Assembly (NCBI RefSeq): GCF_006345805.1
Contig: NC_042997.1
Span: forward strand, 172,360,001 to 172,424,000
Origin: Octopus sinensis
Lineage: Eukaryota
Direction: 5' to 3'
Length of the DNA: 64,000 bases
Shown: piece by piece, positions 63,186 to 64,000 of the stretch
Numbering within the stretch: position 1 is the stretch's first letter
How the letters are laid out: each line of letters starts with the position of its first letter
Translations under genes and position numbers: made by a program
The notes under the pieces: generated by a model
Databases searched by the model: none
What the model saw: only the letters and a program-made list of their open reading frames with translations
Told to the model about the DNA's origin: nothing

Positions 63186-63483
63186 GTATGTGCCTGTGTA
63201 TACATATACATACTTATTAAGCCTGGTACACATTCTGTTGTTTCCTTTTGCTGAGCCACTAAGTTATGGGGATGTAAACAAACCAACACCAGTTGTCAAG
63301 TGAAGGCCGAACATAAATGTAAAGACACATATGCACACACAAGGCTTTGGTTTGCCTTAGGTTATAGAAGACATTTGCCCAAAGTTCCACACAATGCAAC
63401 TGAACTTGTAACCATGTGGTTGGGAAGCAAACTTCTTGCTACACAGCCATGCCTGCACTAAATATATATATATATATATATAT

Positions 63484-63841
63484 ACTCTCTTTTACTTGTT
63501 TCACTCATTTGACTTTGACCATGCTGGAGCACCGCCTTTAGTCGAGCAAATCGACCCCAGGACTTATTCTTTGTAAGCTTAGTACTTATTCTATCGGTCT
63601 CTTTTTGCCGAAACACTAAGTTATGGGGTATGTAAACACACCAGCATAGGTTGTCAAGCAATGTTGGGGGAACAAACACATACACACAAACATATACATA
63701 TACAGTTTCCGTCTACCAAATCCACTCACAAGGCTTTGGTCAGCCCGAGGCTATAGTAGAAGACACTTGCCCAAGGTGCAACGCAGTGGGACTGAACCCG
63801 GAACCATGTGGTTCATAAGCAAGCTCCTTACCACACAGCCA
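63484..63841 (-). mobile_element. SINE family A
   Basis: Reverse complement of family A consensus; a more degenerate copy lies at 63217-63456. Confidence 0.85.
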
Positions 63842-64000
63842 TCTATTGATATATATTATATAAGAAAAGAGAAAAGAATAAATGATTATCTTATGAACTT
63901 CATTAGCTTACAACTGTTTCCACTATATGTGGTGAACTCAGTTGAGTGCCTGAGTTTCATTATAACTTCAAACATGAAATGCTCTTCACCACATCTTACA

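Overview
AT-rich, repeat-saturated eukaryotic (metazoan) DNA. The SINE, LINE and microsatellite make-up suggests a cephalopod, probably Octopus (inference; not checked against a database). No intact protein-coding gene, rRNA, tRNA or CRISPR array is supportable. Most listed ORFs are microsatellite read-throughs or broken transposon ORFs. Contents: (1) three abundant tRNA-derived SINE families (called A, B, C here) plus one singleton; (2) decayed non-LTR retrotransposons (several RTE lineages including a BovB-like copy, R4/Dong-like RLE elements, CR1/Jockey-group 3' ends); (3) decayed DNA transposases (mariner, Tigger/pogo, two hATs); (4) non-autonomous Helitrons and hAT-type, TTAA-type and GGATC-ended foldback MITEs; (5) large microsatellite blocks. 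A CpG shift near 31 kb and two strong splice donors (30666 minus, 59292 plus) suggest two divergent host genes whose protein-coding parts I cannot identify. Best second-look items: minimal Penelope-type hammerhead ribozyme motifs, TSD-flanked SINE multimers with recurrent junctions, a SINE/LINE shared 3' stem-loop, a 60-bp pseudoknot-like array in an RTE 3' UTR, and local templated insertions. I do not see convincing evidence of a wholly new multi-gene system.
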